Sequence record: OR770614.1
Origin: Staphylococcus phage vB_StaM_PB50
Length of the DNA stretch: 64,000 nucleotides
Strand: one strand, 5' to 3'
Each line of letters begins with the position of its first letter. Position 1 is the stretch's first letter. Both the position numbers and the translations under genes were made by a program. Below the pieces are notes generated by a model. It was not told the origin of the DNA, searched no databases, and saw only the letters and a list, made by a program, of their open reading frames with translations. Positions 53,867 through 64,000 of the stretch are shown here, in pieces.

Positions 53867-55612
53867 TTGGAAAACAATAAAGTCATAGAAAGAAAAGATT
53901 TAAGCGAAGAAGATTTAAATTTGAATGAAATAGAAGAAAAGGTAGAAGAAAAGAAAGAAACACCTTTATTATCTAGTAATGTTTTTAAATTAAAACCGGT
54001 TAAAGGTAATTTTGAGTTTACAAATAAGTATATCAATTCAATAGACTTAGAAACTTATGAGAAAGAAGTTACTCAGAAAAATGGTAATAAGAAGATTGAA
54101 ACTAAAATCATTCAGCGAGATGATATTGAAGAATTAATAAAATTTGCTGATGATACTAATGACACATTATTCATTAATGTACATAAGATATTAAACAAAC
54201 CTAATTTGAATACTGATTATATTAATGACATATTTACAATCCAAATCAAACAACGTTCTTATAAGAGTATATTAGAGTATATTGTTAATGACATGAATTT
54301 TATATTTAATGAAATACCACATATCATATTAAAATGTGCTAATATTTGTCAAAAAATATTTAGTAAAAAAGATGAATATAGTGAAGAAGAATTCTTTCAA
54401 GATATTCAAGATTTAATTGAAGATGAAGATTTAAGAAATGTTGTTTGTACTATCGTTAATGATAATTATACCATTGATTTAGATAAGACAAATGCAGAAG
54501 CAATGTTACAAAGCAAAAAAATCATTAAAAAAGATTTACAAGTTACAGACCAAGTTAACAAATCATTTTTAGCAACTGCATTATTGCAAAGATTTATTAT
54601 ACCTTTTATTAATCAGTACTATGTTCTTACTAATAAATATCATTGTAAAAATACAGATGAAGATAAAGAGAGAACTAAGAACGGTTATTTTAAAGCATTT
54701 AATTACTGCATGTGTATTACATCTTTAGATTATAATGTAGCTAATAATAATAAACTTTATAAGATAGTAGAACCTAAAGTAATTAAAACAAAATATAATG
54801 ACAGAGTTATGTGGAAGTTTTTAGATTTACGTTCTATAGATCCAGACACTGTAATCAATAAAATAATGGATAAAATCATTAGACAAATTGTATGTAAATT
54901 ATTAGTTGATACTTCTGCAGTATCTTATTTCACTTCTGTTATCAAATTCTCAATAGATTATGAATTCCAATTCAAATATCCTATTAAATTCAGATCAATT
55001 AAATTAACTACAGATGATGACGATGATGAAGATGGTTTTGATAAATTCCAAATGAATAATTTCTTTAAGCAAAATGAAAGATTAGATATTGCTAATAAAA
55101 TAACTATTGATCGTTATATCACTGAAAAATTAAAAGAATTAAATATCAGTGAAGAATACATTAAGCATTTATATGACAAATTTGATTATATAAATGATTT
55201 ACAATCTCATTTAATTAAAGTTTATTTTGCTGAACATTTTGATGTTAATACAAATGATAGAAAGAGCATTGTATCATTATTAGCAATCATGTCTAAAGAA
55301 TTGATTGCTAATAATATGGATACTTTAGGTAAGATAGTTGCTTCAAAAGTAGTTTCTGGAACTAAAGCTAAGAATGTGGGTAAATTATCATTAGATGTTA
55401 TTGCAGACAAATACTATGTATCTGCTTGGGATAAATATAAATTTATTAATGATATTACTGAAAAAGATAATTTCATATTAAGAATTGCATTAGTTAATGG
55501 TTACAAGTTTAGTTATACTCCTGAAGATTTAAATTCTGAAGAAGAAGTAATTGCTGATATTGATAAAAAATATTTCATTTCTGAAGTATCACAATTTATA
55601 TCAAATTATTAA
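53867..55612 (+). CDS. Hypothetical protein
   Basis: 581-aa ORF with RBS AAGGAGAG. Confidence 0.55.
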   Translation: MENNKVIERKDLSEEDLNLNEIEEKVEEKKETPLLSSNVFKLKPVKGNFEFTNKYINSIDLETYEKEVTQKNGNKKIETKIIQRDDIEELIKFADDTNDTLFINVHKILNKPNLNTDYINDIFTIQIKQRSYKSILEYIVNDMNFIFNEIPHIILKCANICQKIFSKKDEYSEEEFFQDIQDLIEDEDLRNVVCTIVNDNYTIDLDKTNAEAMLQSKKIIKKDLQVTDQVNKSFLATALLQRFIIPFINQYYVLTNKYHCKNTDEDKERTKNGYFKAFNYCMCITSLDYNVANNNKLYKIVEPKVIKTKYNDRVMWKFLDLRSIDPDTVINKIMDKIIRQIVCKLLVDTSAVSYFTSVIKFSIDYEFQFKYPIKFRSIKLTTDDDDDEDGFDKFQMNNFFKQNERLDIANKITIDRYITEKLKELNISEEYIKHLYDKFDYINDLQSHLIKVYFAEHFDVNTNDRKSIVSLLAIMSKELIANNMDTLGKIVASKVVSGTKAKNVGKLSLDVIADKYYVSAWDKYKFINDITEKDNFILRIALVNGYKFSYTPEDLNSEEEVIADIDKKYFISEVSQFISNY

Positions 55613-55632
55613 AAAAAAAAAATAATTTTAAA

Positions 55633-55663
55633 TCCCATACACTCAATTATAGAGTGTATGGGA
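55633..55663. terminator. Bidirectional terminator
   Basis: TCCCATACACTC / GAGTGTATGGGA stem flanked by A12 and T-rich runs. Confidence 0.7.
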
Positions 55664-55679
55664 TATTTTTGTTTTTTTT

Positions 55680-56822
55680 TTAGTTTCTGTTAATTTCTCC
55701 TTCAAATAAATAATCTATATTTATGAATGAATTTATAAATAATTCATCATTAAGTCTTTTTATTTCCAAAGGATCATTAAAGTCTATTATTTGAGAAGAT
55801 AAAATATTTTGTATCTTACTTCCATCAATTTCATCAACAATATGTTTTTGATCAAATAACTTAAAGCGTTTGATTAACTCTTCTAATTTTTCTTCTTTTA
55901 AATAATCTTTAAAAGTCTCTCTTAAAAGTGTCTCATTATTATATTCTTTTAAAGGAGATAATTTTGTATCTTCTATCATTTTATCTAATAATTTAATTGT
56001 AGTCACTGGACCATAACCAGATATAGATTTATATTCTTGATCTTTATGATCTGAAAATAAGTTAAAAATATCTATGATCCCAGAATCAATATTCATAAAA
56101 TCATTAATATCTTTCTTTGTGCTAGAACTAAATATTTCCCCTTTTATATTTTCTTTGGAAATAACTTTACTTTTCTCAGATCCTCTTAATTCTAAAAGTA
56201 GTAATCTATCTTTATAGTCTAATAATTGTCTATATATTTTATCATTACTTACAATTAAAGAATAATCATTTTCATTATCTATAGTCGTTTTTTCCATAAT
56301 ATAATAAGGCAATATAGTAGGTTCTATTTTATAAGTATCAATATAATATGCATTAGGTATATACTTTACGATTGTTTTAACTAATTCTAATGTTATTGAT
56401 ATAGTCTTATTTATATCTCTATAAGTTATATTATCTTCATTCATCTTCTTGTAGTATTCTTTTTTATAATCAGGATCAACTGAAGTGTGATATATTGATT
56501 CTTTATCTGAATAGAATAAAAAGAATCTAGAATGCATATTTAATCTACTCGCAAAGAAATGTCTATAATGTCCTATAATATTTACTAATTCAACAACTAA
56601 ATTTAATCTATTTTTAGTTTTTAAATGAGTAAAATTCTCTGAAACTTGAGGTGAATATAATTGCTTAATAACATTATTAATGTCTATATAAATGGTTACA
56701 TTGTTGTTATTAGTGTTTCCTCTAAATCTTCCTCCCTCTATATAAGGACTAACCAATTCTGTCATTTTATTGTAATTTAATTTTTTAGAATTTATTATTC
56801 TTTCAATTATTTCTACATCCAT
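55680..56822 (-). CDS. Hypothetical protein
   Basis: 380-aa ORF. Confidence 0.5.
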   Translation of the reverse strand: MDVEIIERIINSKKLNYNKMTELVSPYIEGGRFRGNTNNNNVTIYIDINNVIKQLYSPQVSENFTHLKTKNRLNLVVELVNIIGHYRHFFASRLNMHSRFFLFYSDKESIYHTSVDPDYKKEYYKKMNEDNITYRDINKTISITLELVKTIVKYIPNAYYIDTYKIEPTILPYYIMEKTTIDNENDYSLIVSNDKIYRQLLDYKDRLLLLELRGSEKSKVISKENIKGEIFSSSTKKDINDFMNIDSGIIDIFNLFSDHKDQEYKSISGYGPVTTIKLLDKMIEDTKLSPLKEYNNETLLRETFKDYLKEEKLEELIKRFKLFDQKHIVDEIDGSKIQNILSSQIIDFNDPLEIKRLNDELFINSFINIDYLFEGEINRN

Positions 56823-56922
56823 TAATTATCTACATCCTTTCACTATTATAATATATAATTAATTATTCATTTGTAAATTTATAAAAATCCATGTATAGCA
56901 ATAACATCATTTTATTAATGAT

Positions 56923-58215
56923 ATGAAGAAGAAAGTCGGTGAAAAAGAGTTGATAGAAAGTTTAGTAAGTAAGAAATTGTTTAATATAAAACTTATAGCA
57001 TTATATTCTGATGGAACAACTGAAGATATTTCTCAGTATGTTAAACGTTCTAGAATTGAAATGAACTTCCAAGAGTATATTATGCCTTATTATAGATTTA
57101 TATTAAGACTCCCTAAAGAGACTATTATAAAAATAAATACAGATAGAGAAAAAGTTGTATTTTCATTTAGTTCTAACATGACAACTAATGACACAGAAGA
57201 TGTTAAATTAGATGTTCCTTTTCATGAAGAAATAATTTTAAAACCATTAATGGATTTAAATAATATTATTGATTATGATGATAGAGTTACTAAAGACGAT
57301 AATGATCGTAAAAATCTATTTGATAGATATGAAATGGTTGCAATATCAGAAGAGATATTAAAAACAAATAAACCTATAGTATCTGGTATATACAATAATT
57401 GTACTGTAAGTGAAGTAGTTACTGATTTATTGTCTCAATTTAATAATAGAGATATATATTTTCATGAAGTTGATAATAATAAAATATATGAACAGATAAT
57501 GTTATTACCTGCAAATATATACGATAATCTTAAATTCATAGATGACGTTTATGGAATATATGACAGAGAAATAAAATTATTTAATCACCATACAGGCTTA
57601 AATATATTACCTATGTCAGGATTTGATCCTAATACAATTGGTAAAGTTAATATACAAGTTAGGTTTCCATCAAATCAAACTGATGAAGAAATAATAGAGG
57701 GTAGTTACGAACAGATAAATCAATTAGATGATACTATAAGAAATAAAAATATAATAACTAAAATTAATAATGTTAGTTTAGTAGACAATACAAGATTATT
57801 TAATGAACTAGTTGGATCTGAAATAAATCTGTTTGGAATAGATAATGAAAATGAAGGAACAAAGTTATCTACATACAGAAGAAAAATAGAAGATCGTAAT
57901 GGAGAAGTTAATAAAGTTAAAGTATATGATGATATATTTGATAACGATTACAGTTTAAAGAAAGAATTTAATAATAGTAAAGATATAATATTAAGAATGC
58001 AATTAAATGATGTAGACATAACATTAGAAGATACATTTAAACAGTTTGACATAGAATTCTTCAATGATTACTATAAACACTATAATGGAATATATGAACT
58101 TCTTGGAATTAATCAAGAGTTTAAAAATGCTAGTAAGGCATTAGTTTTAAGTAGCTTTATAACTTTAAGAAAAATATCAGATCATTCTTTTACAAAAAAT
58201 AATCCCAATACCTAA
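56923..58215 (+). CDS. Hypothetical protein
   Basis: 430-aa ORF. Confidence 0.5.
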   Translation: MKKKVGEKELIESLVSKKLFNIKLIALYSDGTTEDISQYVKRSRIEMNFQEYIMPYYRFILRLPKETIIKINTDREKVVFSFSSNMTTNDTEDVKLDVPFHEEIILKPLMDLNNIIDYDDRVTKDDNDRKNLFDRYEMVAISEEILKTNKPIVSGIYNNCTVSEVVTDLLSQFNNRDIYFHEVDNNKIYEQIMLLPANIYDNLKFIDDVYGIYDREIKLFNHHTGLNILPMSGFDPNTIGKVNIQVRFPSNQTDEEIIEGSYEQINQLDDTIRNKNIITKINNVSLVDNTRLFNELVGSEINLFGIDNENEGTKLSTYRRKIEDRNGEVNKVKVYDDIFDNDYSLKKEFNNSKDIILRMQLNDVDITLEDTFKQFDIEFFNDYYKHYNGIYELLGINQEFKNASKALVLSSFITLRKISDHSFTKNNPNT

Positions 58216-58236
58216 TTTTAATTAAAGGTATTGGGA
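58203..58236. terminator. Bidirectional terminator
   Basis: TCCCAATACCT / AGGTATTGGGA stem. Confidence 0.6.
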
Positions 58237-58242
58237 TTTAAA

Positions 58243-59064
58243 TTATTGAAATGCTTTATTTCTTTGGGCATTTTCAGTTTCTACTAATTTTACACTTACA
58301 CCAAAGTTAACAATAATGTTACTTAGAATGTAGTCTTGTTTTAAGAATTGTGTTGAAGCTTGACGATTCATACTGAATAGTTTATTTGCTCTAGTAACGT
58401 AAGCTTTTTGTTCGTTTATTTTTTCTTTTCTGTCAGTTTTTCCTTTTTCTAATTCTTTGATTTCACTAATAGCAGTTTTACTATCTTTTTGGATATCATC
58501 TTTTAATTTTTTACATATTCTAGCAGATTCTTTAGAGAATGTTACAAGTTGTTCACTTTGTTTCAATAATGTTTCAACATTTTCTAAATTACCTAAAGCG
58601 ATGCGATCATCTGCTTCACTCGCACTGTTATTTCTTAATTCACCGTATTCTTTATCAAAATCATCTGAATAGATCTTATTACTTAAATCTTTTAATTTCT
58701 TATAATTTTCGGATTTAGCTAATTTACCAACCGGTATTTTCATTTCTGATTTAGATGCGACAAAATCTGCAAGCAATTTTTTATCTTTTTTAAGTTTAGC
58801 TAGAACGGTTGCAGCTAAATTGTGTAATTTAGTTACTTTACCAAAATGTGCTACAAAGAAAGTAGAGAATTTTTTCATAGCTTCCTGAACTGCTTTAACA
58901 ATCTTAATAAAGAATTCTTTTAATTTTTTAACCATTTTTTTAATGTTAGAATCTTTATTATCTTTAACAACTTCTTGAACTGCTTCATTCATAGAAATTG
59001 CTTCTGTAACTATTTCTAACTCTTCATTTAAAAAACTTTCTTCAATACTGATATTTTCAATCAT
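58243..59064 (-). CDS. Paralog family member 1 (shared N-terminal ~80-aa region; candidate internal virion or scaffold-type protein)
   Basis: N-terminus SFLNEELE...FFIKIVKAVQEAMKKFSTFFV is shared with 59903..60700 and, more loosely, 59085..59693. Confidence 0.5.
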   Translation of the reverse strand: MIENISIEESFLNEELEIVTEAISMNEAVQEVVKDNKDSNIKKMVKKLKEFFIKIVKAVQEAMKKFSTFFVAHFGKVTKLHNLAATVLAKLKKDKKLLADFVASKSEMKIPVGKLAKSENYKKLKDLSNKIYSDDFDKEYGELRNNSASEADDRIALGNLENVETLLKQSEQLVTFSKESARICKKLKDDIQKDSKTAISEIKELEKGKTDRKEKINEQKAYVTRANKLFSMNRQASTQFLKQDYILSNIIVNFGVSVKLVETENAQRNKAFQ

Positions 59065-59084
59065 CTTATATTTCCACCCTTTTT

Positions 59085-59693
59085 TTATTTTATATATTCT
59101 TCAACTTTATTTAATAACTCATTATGACTTTTTAATGAATTATTAATGACTTTTCTATATAGTATATTTAATTTGTTCAAGTCATTAACAAGTCTTTGAT
59201 TTTCTTTTATCTTCTCAGCTTCAATTTCTTTAGTAGCAAATTTAATTGAAGTTTCGGAAGCACCTTTCATAGTGTCTGAAGATATTTTAAAAGATTTAGC
59301 AAAATTCTTTGAAGCATTAAACTGTTCAAATGATTTTTCAACTACATATTTTAAATCTAATGACATTGTTAAAGGTATTTCTAAATAATGATTATTCTCA
59401 TTTAGATCCATTTCAAATTCTTTGTATTTTAAATCAAAACTAGTCTTACCTGCATGTTTTAATACATCTTCGTATTTCTTAAGATCTTTAGCTTTCCATA
59501 TATAAAATATAGATGCTGAACCAGATAAATTACTCATTGCAACATTTATATTTTCTTTATTCTTTTCTATTTTCTTAAGTATACTTTTTGTTTTTAGTGT
59601 AGTTCTATTAAAATGTGTATTAAAGAATTTCATAAATTTAACTAATGCATTCTTAATAAGTGATAGTATATTTAGAAAGAATTCTTTAACCAT
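59085..59693 (-). CDS. Paralog family member 2
   Basis: N-terminus EFFLNILSLIKNALVKFMKFFNTHF. Confidence 0.5.
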   Translation of the reverse strand: MVKEFFLNILSLIKNALVKFMKFFNTHFNRTTLKTKSILKKIEKNKENINVAMSNLSGSASIFYIWKAKDLKKYEDVLKHAGKTSFDLKYKEFEMDLNENNHYLEIPLTMSLDLKYVVEKSFEQFNASKNFAKSFKISSDTMKGASETSIKFATKEIEAEKIKENQRLVNDLNKLNILYRKVINNSLKSHNELLNKVEEYIK

Positions 59694-59850
59694 TTCAAAG
59701 AAATTACCAACAGGGGATTCGTTTAAAGAATTTATATTTTCATTAAATAATATTGATTCATTAACTATATTAATTTCTTCTTTAAGAATATCTTCCTTAT
59801 AATTTTTATTAGATAATAAAATTTTAATACCCCTTTCTTATAAAAATATA

Positions 59851-59886
59851 TTGACCTAATACCCAATTTTAAAGGTATTAGGTCAA
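59851..59886 (-). terminator. Terminator hairpin
   Basis: TTGACCTAATACC / GGTATTAGGTCAA stem. Confidence 0.55.
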
Positions 59887-59902
59887 TAATAAAAATTATT
59901 TA

Positions 59903-60700
59903 TTATGCATTTGCTGGTTTAGATTCTTTTTTATCACTTTTTTTCCCAGCAGCATTAATAGCTTTAGCAGCAGAAAATGCAGTAGCTAAAGTTTGATTAG
60001 AAAGTTTAATTGATTTAGTAATAGCTGAACTAGATAAAGAATGTGCTTTACTAGCATTTGATGCTACACGTTTGTTTTCATTAATAGCTTCTTTATCTTC
60101 TTTAGCAGCAGCTGCTACACCAGCTTTAGCAGCTTCTTGAGCTTTCTTATTAGATTGAGAAACTACACTAGCTGCAGCTTTAACTTTTGAAACTGAGTAA
60201 GAAGCAGCTTTAACAGCATCTCTAGCGTCAGAGATTTTTTTAATTGAACCTTTTACAATATGTTTCTCATCATTAAGACCAGATTTAGCATTTTCAAATC
60301 CACGATCAAAATGAGGACTATCAGCTTTAGCTAATTCTTGTAAGTTTTTCAAAGCAGATGAAGCTAATAGCGTATAACTTCTAGCTTCTTCTAATTCAGC
60401 TTTTGATTTAACTCCTTCAACATATTTTTTAACGTCAGTTAAACGATATTCTAATTTTTTATATACTTCTACAAAGAAAGTAGTGAATTTTTTAAATGCG
60501 TCTGAAATAGCCTTAGCAATTTTAATAAAGAAATCTTTAGCTTTTTTAGCAAGTTCTCCCGCTTTTGAAGGTTTTTTCTCTTCTTCTTCTTCACTAGCTT
60601 CATTTAGAGCATTAACACTTTCTAAAACAAAAAGTTCTGTTTGAGATGCAGAAAGTTCTTCTTGTAAGAAAGACATTTCAAATGATTGATTTTGCAACAT
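59903..60700 (-). CDS. Paralog family member 3 with an Ala/Lys-rich C-terminal tail
   Basis: N-terminus SFLQEELS...FFIKIAKAISDAFKKFTTFFV; C-terminus AAKAGVAAAAKEDKEA... Confidence 0.5.
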   Translation of the reverse strand: MLQNQSFEMSFLQEELSASQTELFVLESVNALNEASEEEEEKKPSKAGELAKKAKDFFIKIAKAISDAFKKFTTFFVEVYKKLEYRLTDVKKYVEGVKSKAELEEARSYTLLASSALKNLQELAKADSPHFDRGFENAKSGLNDEKHIVKGSIKKISDARDAVKAASYSVSKVKAAASVVSQSNKKAQEAAKAGVAAAAKEDKEAINENKRVASNASKAHSLSSSAITKSIKLSNQTLATAFSAAKAINAAGKKSDKKESKPANA

Positions 60701-60739
60701 TATATTTTTCCTCCATTTATTTTTAATTTATTTTAATAT

Positions 60740-61828
60740 TTAGAATCTAATATTAAAATCATTTTCTAATTCTTTTCCAATTTCAACGTCAATAGATTCT
60801 GATTCTGATCTAGACTGAACTTCAGCTACACCATCTTCAATATCTATTTTATCAGCTAATTTATTTAATCTTTCAGCCATTTTTTCCTGTTTCTTACGTG
60901 CTGAATCACTAATATCATTATCTTTTTCACCTTCAATAATACTAACAGCATCACGTAAATATTCAGCAAAATCTGAACGTTTTTTAATAAAATAAATATA
61001 AGCTTGTTTAATCATTAATAATACCATTGGAGCTAAGGCAATAACAAGTATTCCACCTGCAGCCACTTTAGTTCCTTTATTTAATGATTTTAATTTATTC
61101 ATGATAGTTCCTAAAGCACCATCTTTATATGCTTCACTAGCATCGTCTGCAAGTTTTTTAAAATCAAATTCTTCATTTGTAGAAACAAATGAGCCATCAA
61201 TTTTAAAAATTTCTTTTAGTTTTCCAGCTTTATATGTTTTTAAAAGATTATCTAAAGTTTTAAGCTCTATTGAATCTTTTTTACTTAATTTTTTATCAGT
61301 GAATTTTAAATTTCCATTAAGATCTTTTTCAAATCCTAAGAAGAAAAGTTGTACTGTAGCTGACATAACAGAAGCAGCTATAGTTGTATAAGTCAATTGA
61401 CCTACTTCATTATCATTTGTAAAACATTTTTTAAAATTTTGTTTTTCTTTTTCAAGCAATTTTACAGAATTCTCAATAGTGTCAAAAGCGAAAATAAGTG
61501 TTTTGTCAAAGCCTTTAGATTTTTGAGCTTTTATGTAATTAAAAGTTTTCTCAAAATCTTTATACGCTTTGATTTTCTTAAAATCACCCTTACTAGAAAG
61601 AATTGATTTTAAGTTTTTATTTCCAGATTTTTTCAACAGTTTATCAGACATTTTAGCTACGCTTAAACCAAGAGCTTCTACTTGCTCTTCAGGTGATAAA
61701 CGTTTAAAAGGTCTGAAGGGTAAAGAGAATTCCTGTAAAACTTTTTGAGACATTGCATCTTCATTTAAAAGATGTTTACGTTCAAGTTCCACAGAGAATT
61801 CCACTTCCTTTCTAGAGTTAATATACAA
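60740..61828 (-). CDS. Hypothetical protein with a central transmembrane segment
   Basis: 362-aa ORF with hydrophobic stretch VAAGGILVIALAPMVLLMIKQAYIYFI. Confidence 0.5.
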   Translation of the reverse strand: MYINSRKEVEFSVELERKHLLNEDAMSQKVLQEFSLPFRPFKRLSPEEQVEALGLSVAKMSDKLLKKSGNKNLKSILSSKGDFKKIKAYKDFEKTFNYIKAQKSKGFDKTLIFAFDTIENSVKLLEKEKQNFKKCFTNDNEVGQLTYTTIAASVMSATVQLFFLGFEKDLNGNLKFTDKKLSKKDSIELKTLDNLLKTYKAGKLKEIFKIDGSFVSTNEEFDFKKLADDASEAYKDGALGTIMNKLKSLNKGTKVAAGGILVIALAPMVLLMIKQAYIYFIKKRSDFAEYLRDAVSIIEGEKDNDISDSARKKQEKMAERLNKLADKIDIEDGVAEVQSRSESESIDVEIGKELENDFNIRF

Positions 61829-61969
61829 ATAAAATAAAAATATAGAATCACTACACGCTAATATAATTTTTCTAATTTTATATTTTATAAATAAATGTTT
61901 AAATTAAATAAACCTTAATTTTCTTCATCTTAAGATTTTATATATACATTATAACTAAAAGTTTCTAAA

Positions 61970-63517
61970 TTATCGTTTTAATAATTTAGCTAAATCTTTA
62001 GAATCAATGTCACCTTTTTTACTATCACTGCTTACTTTCAAAGCACCTAATTTATTTTGTTTTATAATTTCAAATTTACGATGTTCTGGAAGATATTTGT
62101 AAACCAATTCTCTAGCTTCATCAATTACGATAAATTCTAATAAGAAGAATTCTTTATAAACTTTATCTACAGCACGTCTATCATTTAATAAATCAACGCC
62201 AGTTTTACGTTTAACTTCTTGAGTTTCATCAATGCTAATCATTAAAGCTGTTGTAGGAATATAATTTCCGGATTTAGATCTAGTAATACTACCAGCTCTA
62301 TCTACAGTATAAATAGAATTTAATTTATTCCAAATAGCACCTGTACGTCCTTTTTTAGAATCTCTAGCAATTTTCTTAGTTCTTTCAGTATCTAATAATA
62401 AATCTCTAAATAATCTTAATTCACCTGTAGTAAATTTAACTAATTTAGTTACAAGATTAGATTTTCTAGATTTATCAGATAAATAGAATACTACATCTTC
62501 TGTTTTAACAGGATGTACTACAGTTTTTACACCAAATTTAACTGGTTTACTAGGATGATTAATTCCTGAAACTGGTTCACCTTTAGAATCTGTAATTAAG
62601 AAAGTAACATTCGTATTAACCATAGTTGGTATAGATGAATTTAATTTATCTTTTTGAATTGTAGTAGTAGTTCCATAATTATCATATTGATTCGTTTGTA
62701 TATCAGGTTTTACTCCTATAATATTTTTAATATATGAACTAAATGCTTCAGCAATTTCCATAGAACCATATAAGAATTTCATACCATTATCAGATAAAGT
62801 TCCTTCATTACTTGATGTTTTCAAGATATCATATAGTGATCTTGAATTGTCTTCTCCACCTCTATATTTAACCTCTTTCAAATTATTAAATAAGAATTCC
62901 AGTTGTTCACCGTTAGAATTCGGTTTAATTATATATACTGTTGCAGTATAAGTATCCTTAGTATCAGGATTATTAGCCTTTAAGAATTCTTTAACGTCAA
63001 ATTCAATATAACCTTTAATCTCTCTTGAATCCTCAAAATCAATTGTTTCTTCATTTAATAAATCCATTTCTTCTTTAGTAATTGACATATCATTAATTGA
63101 AGTTTTATTAAATTTTTCGTCTGGTGACTCAGTTAAATAATCATTAACACGTTTAATATCTTGCTTAGTACTTTCATTAAAATTAATATTTTGATGTAAG
63201 TCTCCCATAAATGAATTTGGATCTTTTGGATTATATTCTTGAATTGGAGTATTTGTTAAAATATATTCAAATTCATATGCTCTTTCTAATTCTAATTGAT
63301 TTCTCATTAATTCCACAGTATCATTATCTAAAGCATCAGAAGTCACTAATGGAAATTGTAAAATAAAATCTCCAGCTTTTCCTCTTAGTGTTCTATCGAA
63401 TGGTCTTTTACGTCTACTGTTATTTTTATAGTTATTTTTTACATTACCTGTAGTGGAATCCTTAAGTAAATCAATAACATCTGAAAGTATATTTACTTTT
63501 TTAACCAAAACTTTCAC
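61970..63517 (-). CDS. Hypothetical protein
   Basis: 515-aa ORF. Confidence 0.5.
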   Translation of the reverse strand: MKVLVKKVNILSDVIDLLKDSTTGNVKNNYKNNSRRKRPFDRTLRGKAGDFILQFPLVTSDALDNDTVELMRNQLELERAYEFEYILTNTPIQEYNPKDPNSFMGDLHQNINFNESTKQDIKRVNDYLTESPDEKFNKTSINDMSITKEEMDLLNEETIDFEDSREIKGYIEFDVKEFLKANNPDTKDTYTATVYIIKPNSNGEQLEFLFNNLKEVKYRGGEDNSRSLYDILKTSSNEGTLSDNGMKFLYGSMEIAEAFSSYIKNIIGVKPDIQTNQYDNYGTTTTIQKDKLNSSIPTMVNTNVTFLITDSKGEPVSGINHPSKPVKFGVKTVVHPVKTEDVVFYLSDKSRKSNLVTKLVKFTTGELRLFRDLLLDTERTKKIARDSKKGRTGAIWNKLNSIYTVDRAGSITRSKSGNYIPTTALMISIDETQEVKRKTGVDLLNDRRAVDKVYKEFFLLEFIVIDEARELVYKYLPEHRKFEIIKQNKLGALKVSSDSKKGDIDSKDLAKLLKR

Positions 63518-63595
63518 TGCCTTTCCTTATTTTTATTAAGATTTTTATAAAATTATGTTTGATGATGATTTTTAGTAAAAAAAGTAAAAAAAAAA

Positions 63596-63642
63596 ATAAT
63601 CATCATCGATCTCTAATTAAAGAGATCGACAATGATTATCAT
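63596..63642 (-). terminator. Long imperfect hairpin (core CGATCTCT aattaa AGAGATCG)
   Basis: Perfect 8-bp core with extended AT-rich arms, upstream of the 515-aa gene. Confidence 0.45.
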
Positions 63643-64000
63643 AATATGAAATGAGTTGTTTTTTAAGTACTGTTATATTTAAGAAGGTTATCGCTTTAGG
63701 CGTTCGCCTGCCATATACTAGAAGCGATAAAATACGTATATGACTACTTTCCTGTTTTCCGATACAGTTCCGTTCATTAAATTTATTTCTATTTTTATTA
63801 ATTACTGAGTTTCTATATTTTTGGTGTATACAACACTTCATTTAAAATGAAATCATTTAAATTCATACACTTTTCTTTATTTCTTTTGCCATTATCTTGA
63901 TATATATTTTCTTTTTTATAATTTTCTTCCTTCTTTATTATTTCTTCTAATGTCATTTATTTTTATTCCCCTATACGAGCAGCATATCTCTTACGCTATC

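Noticed and set aside
63617-63841. A 74-aa minus-strand ORF
   Set aside because: It overlaps a GC-rich structured non-coding island and has atypical composition and no RBS. A different short frame (about 63800-63958) with a GGGGAA RBS is an alternative, but it is too short to call.

Overview
Description of a 64-kb AT-rich (~28% GC) window, most likely from a large lytic tailed phage of a low-GC Gram-positive host; the standout is a phage-borne retron-type reverse transcriptase next to a tandem array of four structured-RNA modules.

Coding is dense and mostly on the minus strand (1-42054), with strand switches at about 42.2, 46.2, 48.5, 55.6, 56.9 and 58.2 kb. Nearly every strand switch or gene gap carries a perfect GC-cored hairpin from one of two recurring stem families.

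Recognisable genes:
- A bacterial-type type IIA topoisomerase. The GyrA-like subunit carries an intein exactly at the catalytic-Tyr (gyrA-a) site. The GyrB-like subunit is split in-frame by a 177-nt minimal group I intron inside the Toprim DxD motif, the region that holds the T4 gene 39/60 split.
- A staphylococcal-nuclease-like nuclease, a canonical free-standing HNH homing endonuclease, and a metallo-beta-lactamase-fold hydrolase.
- A family-2 membrane glycosyltransferase bracketed by two unusual triple-repeat degenerate NUMOD4/HNH-like proteins.
- An SbcD/Mre11-like nuclease, a DnaB-like helicase and a guanylate-kinase-like NMP kinase.
- A gp25-like baseplate wedge protein, a GroEL-like chaperonin, and a tail or baseplate module with a peptidoglycan-binding protein plus giant 1747-aa and 1998-aa fibre-like proteins.

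Most notable observations:
- A retron-type reverse transcriptase (motifs 1-2, NAxxH, motif A, SPLSP motif B', YSDD, VTG) lies immediately downstream of a ~0.8-kb non-coding array. The array holds four GC-rich structured RNA modules, each paired with a conserved covarying 22-nt hairpin motif. This is a candidate phage-borne RT-ncRNA system.
- Two more copies of the same group I ribozyme core (P, Q, R, S elements) lie just past the apparent stop of the 561-aa ORF at the left edge. They form a twin-core intron that probably extends that gene beyond its annotated stop.
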